A DNA stretch of 64,000 nt, taken from Verrucomicrobiia bacterium (GTDB lineage: Bacteria; Verrucomicrobiota; Verrucomicrobiia; Limisphaerales; UBA11358). Of the stretch, positions 1-7,665 are shown in pieces. Position 1 is the stretch's first letter, and the number at the start of each line of letters is the position of its first letter. Both the position numbers and the translations under genes were made by a program. The DNA lies in the NCBI GenBank assembly GCA_035546095.1, contig DASZXB010000073.1:21866-85865 (forward strand), written 5' to 3'. Under the pieces are notes generated by a model, which was given only the letters and a program-made list of their open reading frames with translations, was not told the DNA's origin and made no database searches.

Positions 1-790
1 GCAATTGCTCGCGCAGGACAAGCACGTGCTCGTCGAAAAACCAATGACCGACAACACCGCGCAGGCCGCTGAACTCGTCCAGCTCGCGCAGCAAAAAAAT
101 TGCGTGCTGCAGGTCGGCCATGTTGAGCAATTCAATCCCGTTTTCAATTTTTTGCAGAGTGTCGCAACCGAACCCAAATTCATCGAATGTCATCGCCTCT
201 CGCCCTACCCTGCCCGCTCGACGGATATCGGCGTAGTGCTGGATTTGATGATCCACGATTTGGGCGTTGTGCTCGCGTTCGTGAAATCGCCCGTCACGAG
301 CGTGGACGCCGTGGGCATTCCCGTTTTGAGCAAGAGCGAAGACATTGCGAACGCGCGACTACGATTTGCGAACGGCTGCGTGGCGAATTTAACCGTGAGT
401 CGAGTCAGTCCTGAAAAAATGCGGAAGATTCGCGTCTTCAGCGGTGGAAAAACTGCGGCCAGTTATGTTTCACTCGATTATGCCAAGCAGGAAGGTTTCA
501 TTTATCGTACCGCCCGCGACGATGAATGGGAAAGTTCCGCGTTCAGAAAGCTTCTGGCGCTGGCGAGCAGCAACGCAACGGTCGTCAGCGAATTTGCCGG
601 CAAGAAAATCGTGCGCGAACCCGTGCCGATTGCGAAAGACGAGCCGTTGAAATTGGAACTGCAACATTTCGTGAATTGCGTCCGCGAAAAACAAACGCCG
701 ATGGTCAGCGGCGAATCCGCAAAACAGGCGCTGGACTTGGCGTTTGAGATAACGAGACAAATCCAGCAGAGTAATGGAACGAAATCATGA
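1..790 (+). CDS. Gfo/Idh/MocA family NAD(P)-dependent oxidoreductase, 5' end outside window
   Basis: The frame is open to the window edge. 'DKHVLVEKPM...VLQVGHVEQFNP' is the signature region of Gfo/Idh/MocA enzymes. The stop overlaps the next start (ATGA at 787-790). Confidence 0.8.
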   Translation, partial: QLLAQDKHVLVEKPMTDNTAQAAELVQLAQQKNCVLQVGHVEQFNPVFNFLQSVATEPKFIECHRLSPYPARSTDIGVVLDLMIHDLGVVLAFVKSPVTSVDAVGIPVLSKSEDIANARLRFANGCVANLTVSRVSPEKMRKIRVFSGGKTAASYVSLDYAKQEGFIYRTARDDEWESSAFRKLLALASSNATVVSEFAGKKIVREPVPIAKDEPLKLELQHFVNCVREKQTPMVSGESAKQALDLAFEITRQIQQSNGTKS

Positions 791-1623
791 AAACCGTTTT
801 GCTTGGCTACAATCCGAAGAAATGGAAATGGGAAAAGGTTGCCAGCGTCGCGCGGAAAACGGAAAAAGGCGAAACGGTTCGGCTCTGGTGGAACTGTGGC
901 CAGCCGAGACACATTGGTCGGGGCGACAAATTTTTCCTCATGGCCTTGGGAAAGTCTCCGCAAAAAGGCATCTTCGCATCAGGACGTATTGTCAGCGAAA
1001 AACCTCGTCAACGCCCGCACTTTGATTCCGAACAAAGCAAAAATGGAAAACAGTCCTGGTATGTTCATTGCCAGTTTGAGCGCGTTTTGAATCCCGAAGT
1101 TGACCGTCTTCTCGGTCTTGAAAAGTTAAAACAAAAATTCCGATTCATTCGCTGGACGCCGCGCTCGTCTGTCTATCTTGACGGCATCGCACCCGAAATT
1201 GAGGCCTTGTGGAAAGAGCAAATCGGTCTCGCCGGCGTCGAGCCGCCGCAGGAAGATTTGGAACTGGAAGGTCTCGAAGGCGAAAAACGGCGTGTATTGG
1301 TGAATCATCGAAAACGTGAAGACCGGTTGAGGGATGCCAAGATTCGCGATGCCTTGCGGAAAGGAAATGGGCGGCTCCGCTGCGAAGTTCCCGGCTGCGG
1401 CTTTGATTTTTTCGCGGTCTATGGCGAGCTTGGAAAAAATTTTGCTCACGTTCACCACCTGCAACCGCTCGGCCAAAGAAATTCATCGTCGAAAACCCGG
1501 TCAAGCGACTTGGCCATCGTCTGCGCCAACTGCCACGCCATGATTCATCGCGGCGGGAAATGTCGTCCGATGAAAGGCTTGATAAAAACCAGCCGCCCGC
1601 ACCACGCCTTGCCAACGAAATAA
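787..1623 (+). CDS. McrA/COG3183-type HNH endonuclease with an unassigned, PUA/EVE-like N-terminal domain
   Basis: The C-terminus 'CEVPGCGF...HVHHLQPL...LAIVCANCHAMIHRGG' has the CxxC...HH...CxxCH pattern of an HNH core. The N-terminal ~130 aa ('WWNCGQPRHIGRGDKFFLMALG...GIFASGRIV...WYVHCQFERVLNP') has the pattern of a small beta-barrel reader domain; this is inference only. Confidence 0.75.
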   Translation: MKTVLLGYNPKKWKWEKVASVARKTEKGETVRLWWNCGQPRHIGRGDKFFLMALGKSPQKGIFASGRIVSEKPRQRPHFDSEQSKNGKQSWYVHCQFERVLNPEVDRLLGLEKLKQKFRFIRWTPRSSVYLDGIAPEIEALWKEQIGLAGVEPPQEDLELEGLEGEKRRVLVNHRKREDRLRDAKIRDALRKGNGRLRCEVPGCGFDFFAVYGELGKNFAHVHHLQPLGQRNSSSKTRSSDLAIVCANCHAMIHRGGKCRPMKGLIKTSRPHHALPTK

Positions 1624-1627
1624 AATC

Positions 1628-2818
1628 GTGAAACCAAAAACGTTCATGCTCATTGCGGGTGAAGCGAGCGGCGATTTGCTCGCGGCGGAATTGGTTTCCG
1701 CGCTGCTTGCCGCGTCGAAGCAAAGCGAAGACGGGCGCACTCCGCAATTTTTCGGCGCGGGCGGCGCAAAAATGTCCGCTGCCGGAGTCGAACTCGCGTT
1801 CGATATGACGCAGCACGCGGTGGTCGGTTTGACGGATGTTTTGAAAAACATTTTCAAATTCCGGCGATTATTCAAGCAACTGCTTGCGCTCGCCATCGAA
1901 CGCAAACCGGATGTCATCATCGGCGTGGATTACGGCGGGTTCAATCTGCGTTTCGGTCATGCGATCAAGGAGCATGTCCGCGACAATCCATTTTCCGAAT
2001 GGAATCCAAAAATCGTGCAATTCGTTTCGCCGCAGGTCTGGGCGTCGCGGCCGAAGCGGGCGCAGTTGCTCGAAGCGGATTATGATTTGCTCTTGAGCAT
2101 CTTTCCGTTTGAAAAAGAGTGGTATGCGCGGCGCGCACCAAAATTAAGAGTGGAATTTGTCGGGCATCCGATGATTGGGCGATTTGACCGTAGCAGCCGA
2201 GGTAACGAGGCTCAAACTGAAAAGTCAGAGCCTCCTCACGTCGGCTGCTACAACATTTTATTGTTGCCCGGCAGCCGCAAGAGTGAATTGCAACGGCATT
2301 TGCCGGTGATTTTGCCGGCGCTGAAATTGATTCAGGAAAAATTGCCAGATGCGAAAGCGAAAATGGTTTTGCCGAATGAAGCATTGAAGGAACTCGCCGT
2401 CAAGATACCGACGCTCCCGGCGGATTTGGAAATTCAAATCGGCCATTTGCCGGACGCGCTGGCGCAAGTGGATGTGGCCATCGCTTCGACGGGGACGGTG
2501 ACGATGGAGTGCGCGTTTTTTGGCGTGCCGACGGTGACGCTTTACAAAACGTCGTGGCTGACGTTTCAAATCGGCAAGCGGCTCGTGACGGTGAAATCGC
2601 TGACGATGCCGAATTTGCTGGCGGGCGAGGAAGTGTATCTCGAATTCATCCAGCATTTCGCGACGCCGGAAAACATCGCGCGCGCGGCGCTGGAATTGTT
2701 GTCGGACGAATCGCGGCGGCGGAAAATGAAATCACAGTTGGAAAAAATTGTCGCGTCGCTCGGCGAACCGGGCGCGGCGAATCGCGCGGCGGCGGCAATT
2801 TTGAGTTTGTTCAAATGA
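1628..2818 (+). CDS. lpxB: lipid-A-disaccharide synthase
   Basis: 'MLIAGEASGDLLAAELV...VIIGVDYGGFNLRF...LLLPGSR' is typical of LpxB. The start is GTG 1628 or ATG 1646. Confidence 0.9.
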   Translation: MKPKTFMLIAGEASGDLLAAELVSALLAASKQSEDGRTPQFFGAGGAKMSAAGVELAFDMTQHAVVGLTDVLKNIFKFRRLFKQLLALAIERKPDVIIGVDYGGFNLRFGHAIKEHVRDNPFSEWNPKIVQFVSPQVWASRPKRAQLLEADYDLLLSIFPFEKEWYARRAPKLRVEFVGHPMIGRFDRSSRGNEAQTEKSEPPHVGCYNILLLPGSRKSELQRHLPVILPALKLIQEKLPDAKAKMVLPNEALKELAVKIPTLPADLEIQIGHLPDALAQVDVAIASTGTVTMECAFFGVPTVTLYKTSWLTFQIGKRLVTVKSLTMPNLLAGEEVYLEFIQHFATPENIARAALELLSDESRRRKMKSQLEKIVASLGEPGAANRAAAAILSLFK

Positions 2819-2826
2819 AAAAGGCT

Positions 2827-2889
2827 TTGACACGGATTGCACGGATTTTCACAGATTTAATCCGCGTTAATCGGTGGAATCCGTGTCAA
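2827..2889. repeat. 63-nt imperfect palindrome made of three CAC(G/A)GAT units plus three inverted units
   Basis: TTGACACGGATT (2827-2838) is the exact reverse complement of AATCCGTGTCAA (2878-2889). Inner units are CACGGATT and CACAGATT, facing AATCCGCG and AATCGGTG. It lies 9 nt after the lpxB stop. Confidence 0.6.
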
Positions 2890-3000
2890 AATTCGGGTGT
2901 CACGCGAAGGGCGCGAGGGCAGTGCTTGTTTCGCCGGAATGAAATGAAGGCGGAAAGGTTTTTATGGACAAATTTTTTTGGCGGGAGCAATGTCAATTTT

Positions 3001-3453
3001 ATGAAATTAATCGTCACAACTTTATTGATAGCAACGACAGCTTTCTTGGCACAAGCTCGCCTCATGCGAACATGGTCATACCAAGACCTTTTTGACCAAG
3101 CTGATATTGTTGTTATAGCCAAACCGACTGGGACACAAGACACGGGCGAACAAGCAACACTTCCAAACATCGCGCCAGATGTTCATGTTATTGGATTATC
3201 AACTGATTTTGATATCAGCGTTGTTGTAAAAGGTGACAAGACTTTGAAGAAATTGATTTTACATCACTACCGGCTTGAAAACCCAAAAGAATTGATGATG
3301 AATGGGCCAAATCTTGCGTCTTTCAATCCTAAAGCATACACGCGTTTTTTATTATTTTTACATCGCGAATCTGATGGACGTTATTCGCCAGTTTCAGGAC
3401 AGACCGATCCAACTTTATTCTCGGTAGTTAAATTGGATAGAATCGCTGAATAA
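3001..3453 (+). CDS. small secreted hypothetical protein
   Basis: ATG at 3001 with an N-terminal signal-like 'MKLIVTTLLIATTAFLAQA'. The segment is visibly A+T-richer than its neighbours. I recognise no family. Confidence 0.5.
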   Translation: MKLIVTTLLIATTAFLAQARLMRTWSYQDLFDQADIVVIAKPTGTQDTGEQATLPNIAPDVHVIGLSTDFDISVVVKGDKTLKKLILHHYRLENPKELMMNGPNLASFNPKAYTRFLLFLHRESDGRYSPVSGQTDPTLFSVVKLDRIAE

Positions 3454-3544
3454 CATCAATTGATTCTCATTGGATAAAATTTCTTTTCACTTCCGCCTCA
3501 CAAAAATCATTTCCTTTATTCGCCGCGCATTTTAACTTTTCCGC

Positions 3545-4030
3545 ATGGAAACTTTGCACGCGCCGTGGCGGATTGATTACATTCTCGCGCCGAAACCGGA
3601 GTTGAAGGAAGGTTTGTTCGCGCGCATCGCGCAATCGGCGGATGACGAGGCGAATCTGGTCATCGCGCGCGACCGCACTTGTTTCGCGCTGCTGAACCGT
3701 TATCCCTACGTCGGCGGGCATTTGATGGTCGTGCCTTACAAGGAAGTCGCGGATTTGCACGGGCTGACGGACGAGGAACTGGCGGATTTGTGGAAGCTGG
3801 CGCGGCGTTGTCTCGCGGCGCTGTCGGCGGTGATGAAGCCGGACGGTTTCAACGTGGGCATCAATCTAGGCAAAGTCGCGGGCGCGGGCATCGCGGAGCA
3901 TCTGCACATCCACGTGGTGCCGCGCTGGAGCGGCGACACGAATTTCATGCCGGTCATCGCAAACACGACGGTGCTGCCGGAGGCGTTGAAAGAGGTGGCG
4001 GCGAAGCTGAGGGCGGAGCTTGCCAAATAA
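3545..4030 (+). CDS. HIT (histidine triad) family nucleotide hydrolase/transferase
   Basis: Histidine triad 'EHLHIHVVPRW' and a 'LLNRYPYVGGHLMVVP' block. Confidence 0.85.
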   Translation: METLHAPWRIDYILAPKPELKEGLFARIAQSADDEANLVIARDRTCFALLNRYPYVGGHLMVVPYKEVADLHGLTDEELADLWKLARRCLAALSAVMKPDGFNVGINLGKVAGAGIAEHLHIHVVPRWSGDTNFMPVIANTTVLPEALKEVAAKLRAELAK

Positions 4031-4035
4031 TTTTC

Positions 4036-4066
4036 AGCCACAGATGGACACAGATGAAACACAGAT
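4036..4066. repeat. left arm of a perfect 31-bp inverted repeat
   Basis: AGCCACAGATGGACACAGATGAAACACAGAT. It contains three CACAGAT units and the ATG of the enclosed gene. Confidence 0.95.
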
Positions 4067-4445
4067 AAAAAAGGCGAAAGATTATTCGCTCCAGCCAATC
4101 ACCGAACAACTGATTGGTGCGGCGTATGAAGTTCACAATGTTCTTGGCTTTGGGTTTCTAGAAAAAGTTTATCAGCGCGCCATGCAGGTTGAGCTTCAAT
4201 CGCGCGGAATAAAAGTTAAACTTGAACCCAAAATACAGGTGAAGTTCAAAGGCGTGGTTGTCGGCGATTACGCGGCGGATTTGGTGGTAGCTGATAAAAT
4301 CATCGTTGAATTAAAAACGGATGCGACTTATCAATCTATTCACGAAGCTCAACTTTTGAACGAACTGCGCGGCACGGGAATCCGCCTGGGCTATCTGATC
4401 AATTTCGGCCGTGAGCGTGTTGAATATAAACGCATGGTCTTTTGA
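4044..4445 (+). CDS. GxxExxY family protein (PD-(D/E)XK-like)
   Basis: 'LGFGFLEKVYQRAMQVEL...DLVVADKIIVELKT...LLNELRGTGIRLGYLINFG' matches the GxxExxY family pattern. The ATG at 4044 lies inside the left repeat arm. Confidence 0.85.
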   Translation: MDTDETQIKKAKDYSLQPITEQLIGAAYEVHNVLGFGFLEKVYQRAMQVELQSRGIKVKLEPKIQVKFKGVVVGDYAADLVVADKIIVELKTDATYQSIHEAQLLNELRGTGIRLGYLINFGRERVEYKRMVF

Positions 4446-4449
4446 AAAA

Positions 4450-4480
4450 ATCTGTGTTTCATCTGTGTCCATCTGTGGCT
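4450..4480. repeat. right arm of a perfect 31-bp inverted repeat
   Basis: ATCTGTGTTTCATCTGTGTCCATCTGTGGCT is the exact reverse complement of 4036-4066. It starts 5 nt after the stop codon. Confidence 0.95.
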
Positions 4481-4494
4481 AAATTTTTCTGACT

Positions 4495-5466
4495 GTGGCT
4501 ACTGAAACTCTCCATTTTGAAAACGCGCGGTTCGCGCAGCAGTTGTTCAATCACGAGCCGCGCAATTTGCAGTCGCTGGAAACCGAACTCGGCGTGAAGG
4601 CGACGGCGCGCGAAGGCTGGATAAAATTGGAAGGCGCGAGCGACGGTATTGAACGCGCGAAACAGCTTTTCGTTTCGCTGGAAAATTCGTTGAAATCCGG
4701 CGCGCAAATCCGCAATCGCGAGTTTGCTCACGCGCTGAACGTCGTGAAGCACGAGGGCGCGGAGACGTTGAAAAATCTGATGAGCGACCGCGTGCAGACG
4801 CACGAGCGCAAGCCGGGCGTGACGGCGAAAACGGTCGGGCAAAAAAAGTATCTCGACGCGATTCGCAAACATGACGTGACGTTTGGCATCGGTCCGGCGG
4901 GAACGGGCAAAACGTATTTGGCGGTGGCGACGGGGTTGGCGGCGTTGCGCGAAGGCAAAGTTTCACGAATTATTTTGACGCGGCCAGCCGTCGAAGCGGG
5001 CGAAGCGCTAGGATTTTTGCCGGGCGACCTTTACGAAAAAATCACGCCGTATTTGCGTCCGCTGCACGACGCATTGCACGACATGCTGCCCGCCGAAGAA
5101 ATCCAAAAATTGATGGAGCGCGGCACGATTGAAATCGCTCCCCTCGCCTACATGCGCGGGCGCACGCTGAATAACGCTTTCATCATTTTGGACGAAGCGC
5201 AAAATTCGACGACAGAGCAGATGCTGATGTTTCTCACGCGACTCGGTCACGGCTCGAAAGCGGTTATCACCGGCGACGAAACACAGATTGATTTGCCGCC
5301 GCACAAACATTCCGGTTTAGTCGAGGCGCATCGCGCGTTGAGAAATATCGAAGGCATCGCGGTCGTGGAATTTTCCAAACGCGACGTGGTTCGCCATCCG
5401 CTCGTGCAAAAAATTATCACGGCTTACGAAGCGCATCGCGGCACGGCAAAATCGTCCGAAACGTAA
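4495..5466 (+). CDS. phoH: PhoH-like ATPase
   Basis: Walker A 'GPAGTGKTYLAVA', 'FIILDEAQN' and 'ITGDETQIDLP'. GTG start. The phoH-ybeY gene order is conserved. Confidence 0.9.
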   Translation: MATETLHFENARFAQQLFNHEPRNLQSLETELGVKATAREGWIKLEGASDGIERAKQLFVSLENSLKSGAQIRNREFAHALNVVKHEGAETLKNLMSDRVQTHERKPGVTAKTVGQKKYLDAIRKHDVTFGIGPAGTGKTYLAVATGLAALREGKVSRIILTRPAVEAGEALGFLPGDLYEKITPYLRPLHDALHDMLPAEEIQKLMERGTIEIAPLAYMRGRTLNNAFIILDEAQNSTTEQMLMFLTRLGHGSKAVITGDETQIDLPPHKHSGLVEAHRALRNIEGIAVVEFSKRDVVRHPLVQKIITAYEAHRGTAKSSET

Positions 5467-5942
5467 TGAATATTTCCATTTCAAATTGCCAGCGCGTGAA
5501 AAAAATTGATTTGCGGCTGCTGAAAAAAATGGCGTCGGCGATTTTGGCGGAATTGAAGATTGAAGACGCCGAAATTGAAATCAATCTGGTCGGCGCAAAA
5601 GAAATGGCAGAAATCAACTGGCAATTTCTTCGTCACGAAGGCTCGACGGATGTGATTACGTTCGATTACTCTGAAAATACACGGCTCGCGAGGACGCTCG
5701 CCCCACCAAATTTGTCTGGCGAACTGTTCATTTGCGTTGACGATGCCATTACCCATGCGAAGCAATTCAAAACAAACTGGCAATCGGAAATTGTCCATTA
5801 CATTATTCACGGTATTCTGCATTTGCTCGGCCATGACGATTTGAAACCGGCTTTGCGTCGCAAAATGAAGCGCAAGGAAGATTCGTTGCTTCGCAAACTT
5901 TCCGAAAAATTTTCATTCGCGCAAGTTGCGCGGCAATCCTAA
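5466..5942 (+). CDS. ybeY: rRNA maturation endoribonuclease YbeY
   Basis: Metal-binding motif 'HGILHLLGHDD'. Its start overlaps the phoH stop by 1 nt. Confidence 0.9.
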   Translation: MNISISNCQRVKKIDLRLLKKMASAILAELKIEDAEIEINLVGAKEMAEINWQFLRHEGSTDVITFDYSENTRLARTLAPPNLSGELFICVDDAITHAKQFKTNWQSEIVHYIIHGILHLLGHDDLKPALRRKMKRKEDSLLRKLSEKFSFAQVARQS

Positions 5943-5945
5943 ACT

Positions 5946-6608
5946 TTGGGCGTGAAAAAATCTTTGTTTGCGCGCTGGCGTTCCAGCTTTTTGACGGGGC
6001 TGGCTGTGATTTTGCCCGCGATCATTTCCATCGCGGCATTGTCTTGGGTTTTCAAAACCGTGTCCAACATCACGGATTTACTGCTGTTTTTTTTGCCGAA
6101 AACAATGACGCATGAAGATGGCGGCGCGGGAGCGATTCACTGGTATTGGAGTGTGCTGGCACTCGTGTTCGCGGTTTTGCTGGTGACGATTCTCGGCGTG
6201 CTCGCACGTTATTACATCGGCAAACGGCTCATCGCGTGGGCGGATGGATTGATGCTGCGTTTGCCGGTGTTGAACAAAATTTACGGCACCATCAAACAGG
6301 TGGACGACGCGTTCACGTCTGGCAAAAAAAGTTCGTTCAAGACCGTCGCGCTCGTGGAATATCCGTGCGACGGCATTTACTCGGTGGGCTTCATCACCAG
6401 CGAACAACCGGATGAAGTCAGCCAAAGAACGGGACGAAAATGCGTCTGCGTTTTCATCCCCATGACGCCGATTCCAACGGGCGGTTTTTTGATTCTTGTG
6501 CCGGAGGAAAAAGTCATCAAGCTCGACATCAGCGTCGCCGACGGTTTCAAATACATCATCAGCCTCGGCGCAATTGCGAATGACTCCGCGCCGCCGGTGA
6601 TAAAATGA
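5946..6608 (+). CDS. DUF502 family membrane protein
   Basis: Two N-terminal TM helices, 'LPVLNKIYGTIKQV' and 'PMTPIPTGGFLILVP', typical of DUF502. Confidence 0.75.
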   Translation: MGVKKSLFARWRSSFLTGLAVILPAIISIAALSWVFKTVSNITDLLLFFLPKTMTHEDGGAGAIHWYWSVLALVFAVLLVTILGVLARYYIGKRLIAWADGLMLRLPVLNKIYGTIKQVDDAFTSGKKSSFKTVALVEYPCDGIYSVGFITSEQPDEVSQRTGRKCVCVFIPMTPIPTGGFLILVPEEKVIKLDISVADGFKYIISLGAIANDSAPPVIK

Positions 6609-7246
6609 TCGAGTCCGCCCATGGAATCGTTTTACGGACGCGCCAGCTGACGGAAACAAGTTTAATTGTTTACTGGCTTACGCCGAAATTCGGGCGCATC
6701 GCCGCCGTCGCCAAAGGCGCGCGCCGGCCAAAATCACCATTCGCTGGCAAACTGGATTTATTTTACACCGCCGATTTTTCCTTCAGCCGCAGCCGCACTT
6801 CGGATTTGCATAATTTGCGCGAAGTCAAGCTGCGCGAGACGCACGCGCCAATCCGTCAGGACATTCTGAAATTACAACAGGCGGCTTACGCGGCGCATTT
6901 CATTGAGCAAGCGACGGAAACGGAAACGCCGTTGCCGGAAATTTTCGGATTGCTGCGCGATTTTTTGAAATTCCTTTGCGGTCACGAAACAAAGCCGCAA
7001 AACATTTTTGCGTTGGAATTGAAATTGTTGCGGGAACTAGGATTGGAGCCAGATTTTGCGGAATCGCATTTAACGCCGGGCGCAAAAAAAATTGTCGAAT
7101 CCTTTTTGGAAAACGATTGGACAAATTTATCGCGCCTGAAATTGGCCGAACCGCAAATTGTGGAAATTCGTCAATGGCTACACGGGTTTTTGATTTACAA
7201 TCTCGGCAAATTGCCGCGTGGACGCAATGCGGCATTACAAATTTAA
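6605..7246 (+). CDS. recO: DNA repair protein RecO
   Basis: 'GIVLRTRQLTETSLIVYWLTPKFGRIAAVAKGARRPKS' is a RecO OB-fold N-terminus. ATGA overlap with the upstream gene. Confidence 0.85.
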   Translation: MIESAHGIVLRTRQLTETSLIVYWLTPKFGRIAAVAKGARRPKSPFAGKLDLFYTADFSFSRSRTSDLHNLREVKLRETHAPIRQDILKLQQAAYAAHFIEQATETETPLPEIFGLLRDFLKFLCGHETKPQNIFALELKLLRELGLEPDFAESHLTPGAKKIVESFLENDWTNLSRLKLAEPQIVEIRQWLHGFLIYNLGKLPRGRNAALQI

Positions 7247-7267
7247 GTGTGAGGTATGAATACGGCA

Positions 7268-7603
7268 CTAACTTATATCAGTAATTCTCTGATATTTGCC
7301 TTCTGCAATCTTCTCGAAGGCACAAGGTGCTGGTGTTTCTAAATAAGGAATAATATCTGGGTCGTAATTTGCTGCTGTATTGACCGCATAAATTCCGGTG
7401 TGGGTCAAATCATCTATGTAATCCTGCGATTCATCGCCAGAGAAAAATCGCCAGCCACTGTCTTTTGGTTTGTCCGGCTGTTCCCGATACATATAACCAA
7501 TCTTGAGACCGTCAATGGTTACCCGATCTGTGATAAAACAACCACCCATCGGCGGCACTAGCTGTTTGATTTTTTCTTTGGGAATGGCGAATTGTTTGCT
7601 CAT
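7268..7603 (-). CDS. DUF2185 / Imm33-type immunity protein
   Basis: 'GGCFITDRVTIDGLKIGYMYRE...DSGWRFFSGDESQDY...NYDPDIIPYL' is the DUF2185 signature. ATG at 7603. The segment is A+T-richer than its neighbours. Confidence 0.7.
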   Translation of the reverse strand: MSKQFAIPKEKIKQLVPPMGGCFITDRVTIDGLKIGYMYREQPDKPKDSGWRFFSGDESQDYIDDLTHTGIYAVNTAANYDPDIIPYLETPAPCAFEKIAEGKYQRITDIS

Positions 7604-7665
7604 GTAATTTAGCCTGAACTGCAAACAAATAATTAGTCAATTCCAAAGATAGATTTCGTGGTGAA

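Larger units (their letters stand above)
4036..4480 (+). mobile_element. single-gene GxxExxY cassette bounded by 31-bp inverted repeats
   Basis: The perfect inverted repeats enclose exactly one ORF. It sits in the gap between the HIT stop (4030) and the phoH start (4495). Near-identical AATTTTC (4029-4035) and AATTTTTC (4482-4489) flank the two arms. Confidence 0.5.

Noticed and set aside
2509-3000. 5' extension of ORF 2509-3453
   Set aside because: It overlaps lpxB in another frame and runs across the palindromic element. The signal peptide begins at ATG 3001.
4020-4043. TTG start at 4020 for the GxxExxY gene, as in the ORF track
   Set aside because: It would overlap the HIT gene stop and add 'MPNNFQPQ' read from the repeat arm. 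The ATG at 4044 is the first canonical start and gives the family-typical length.
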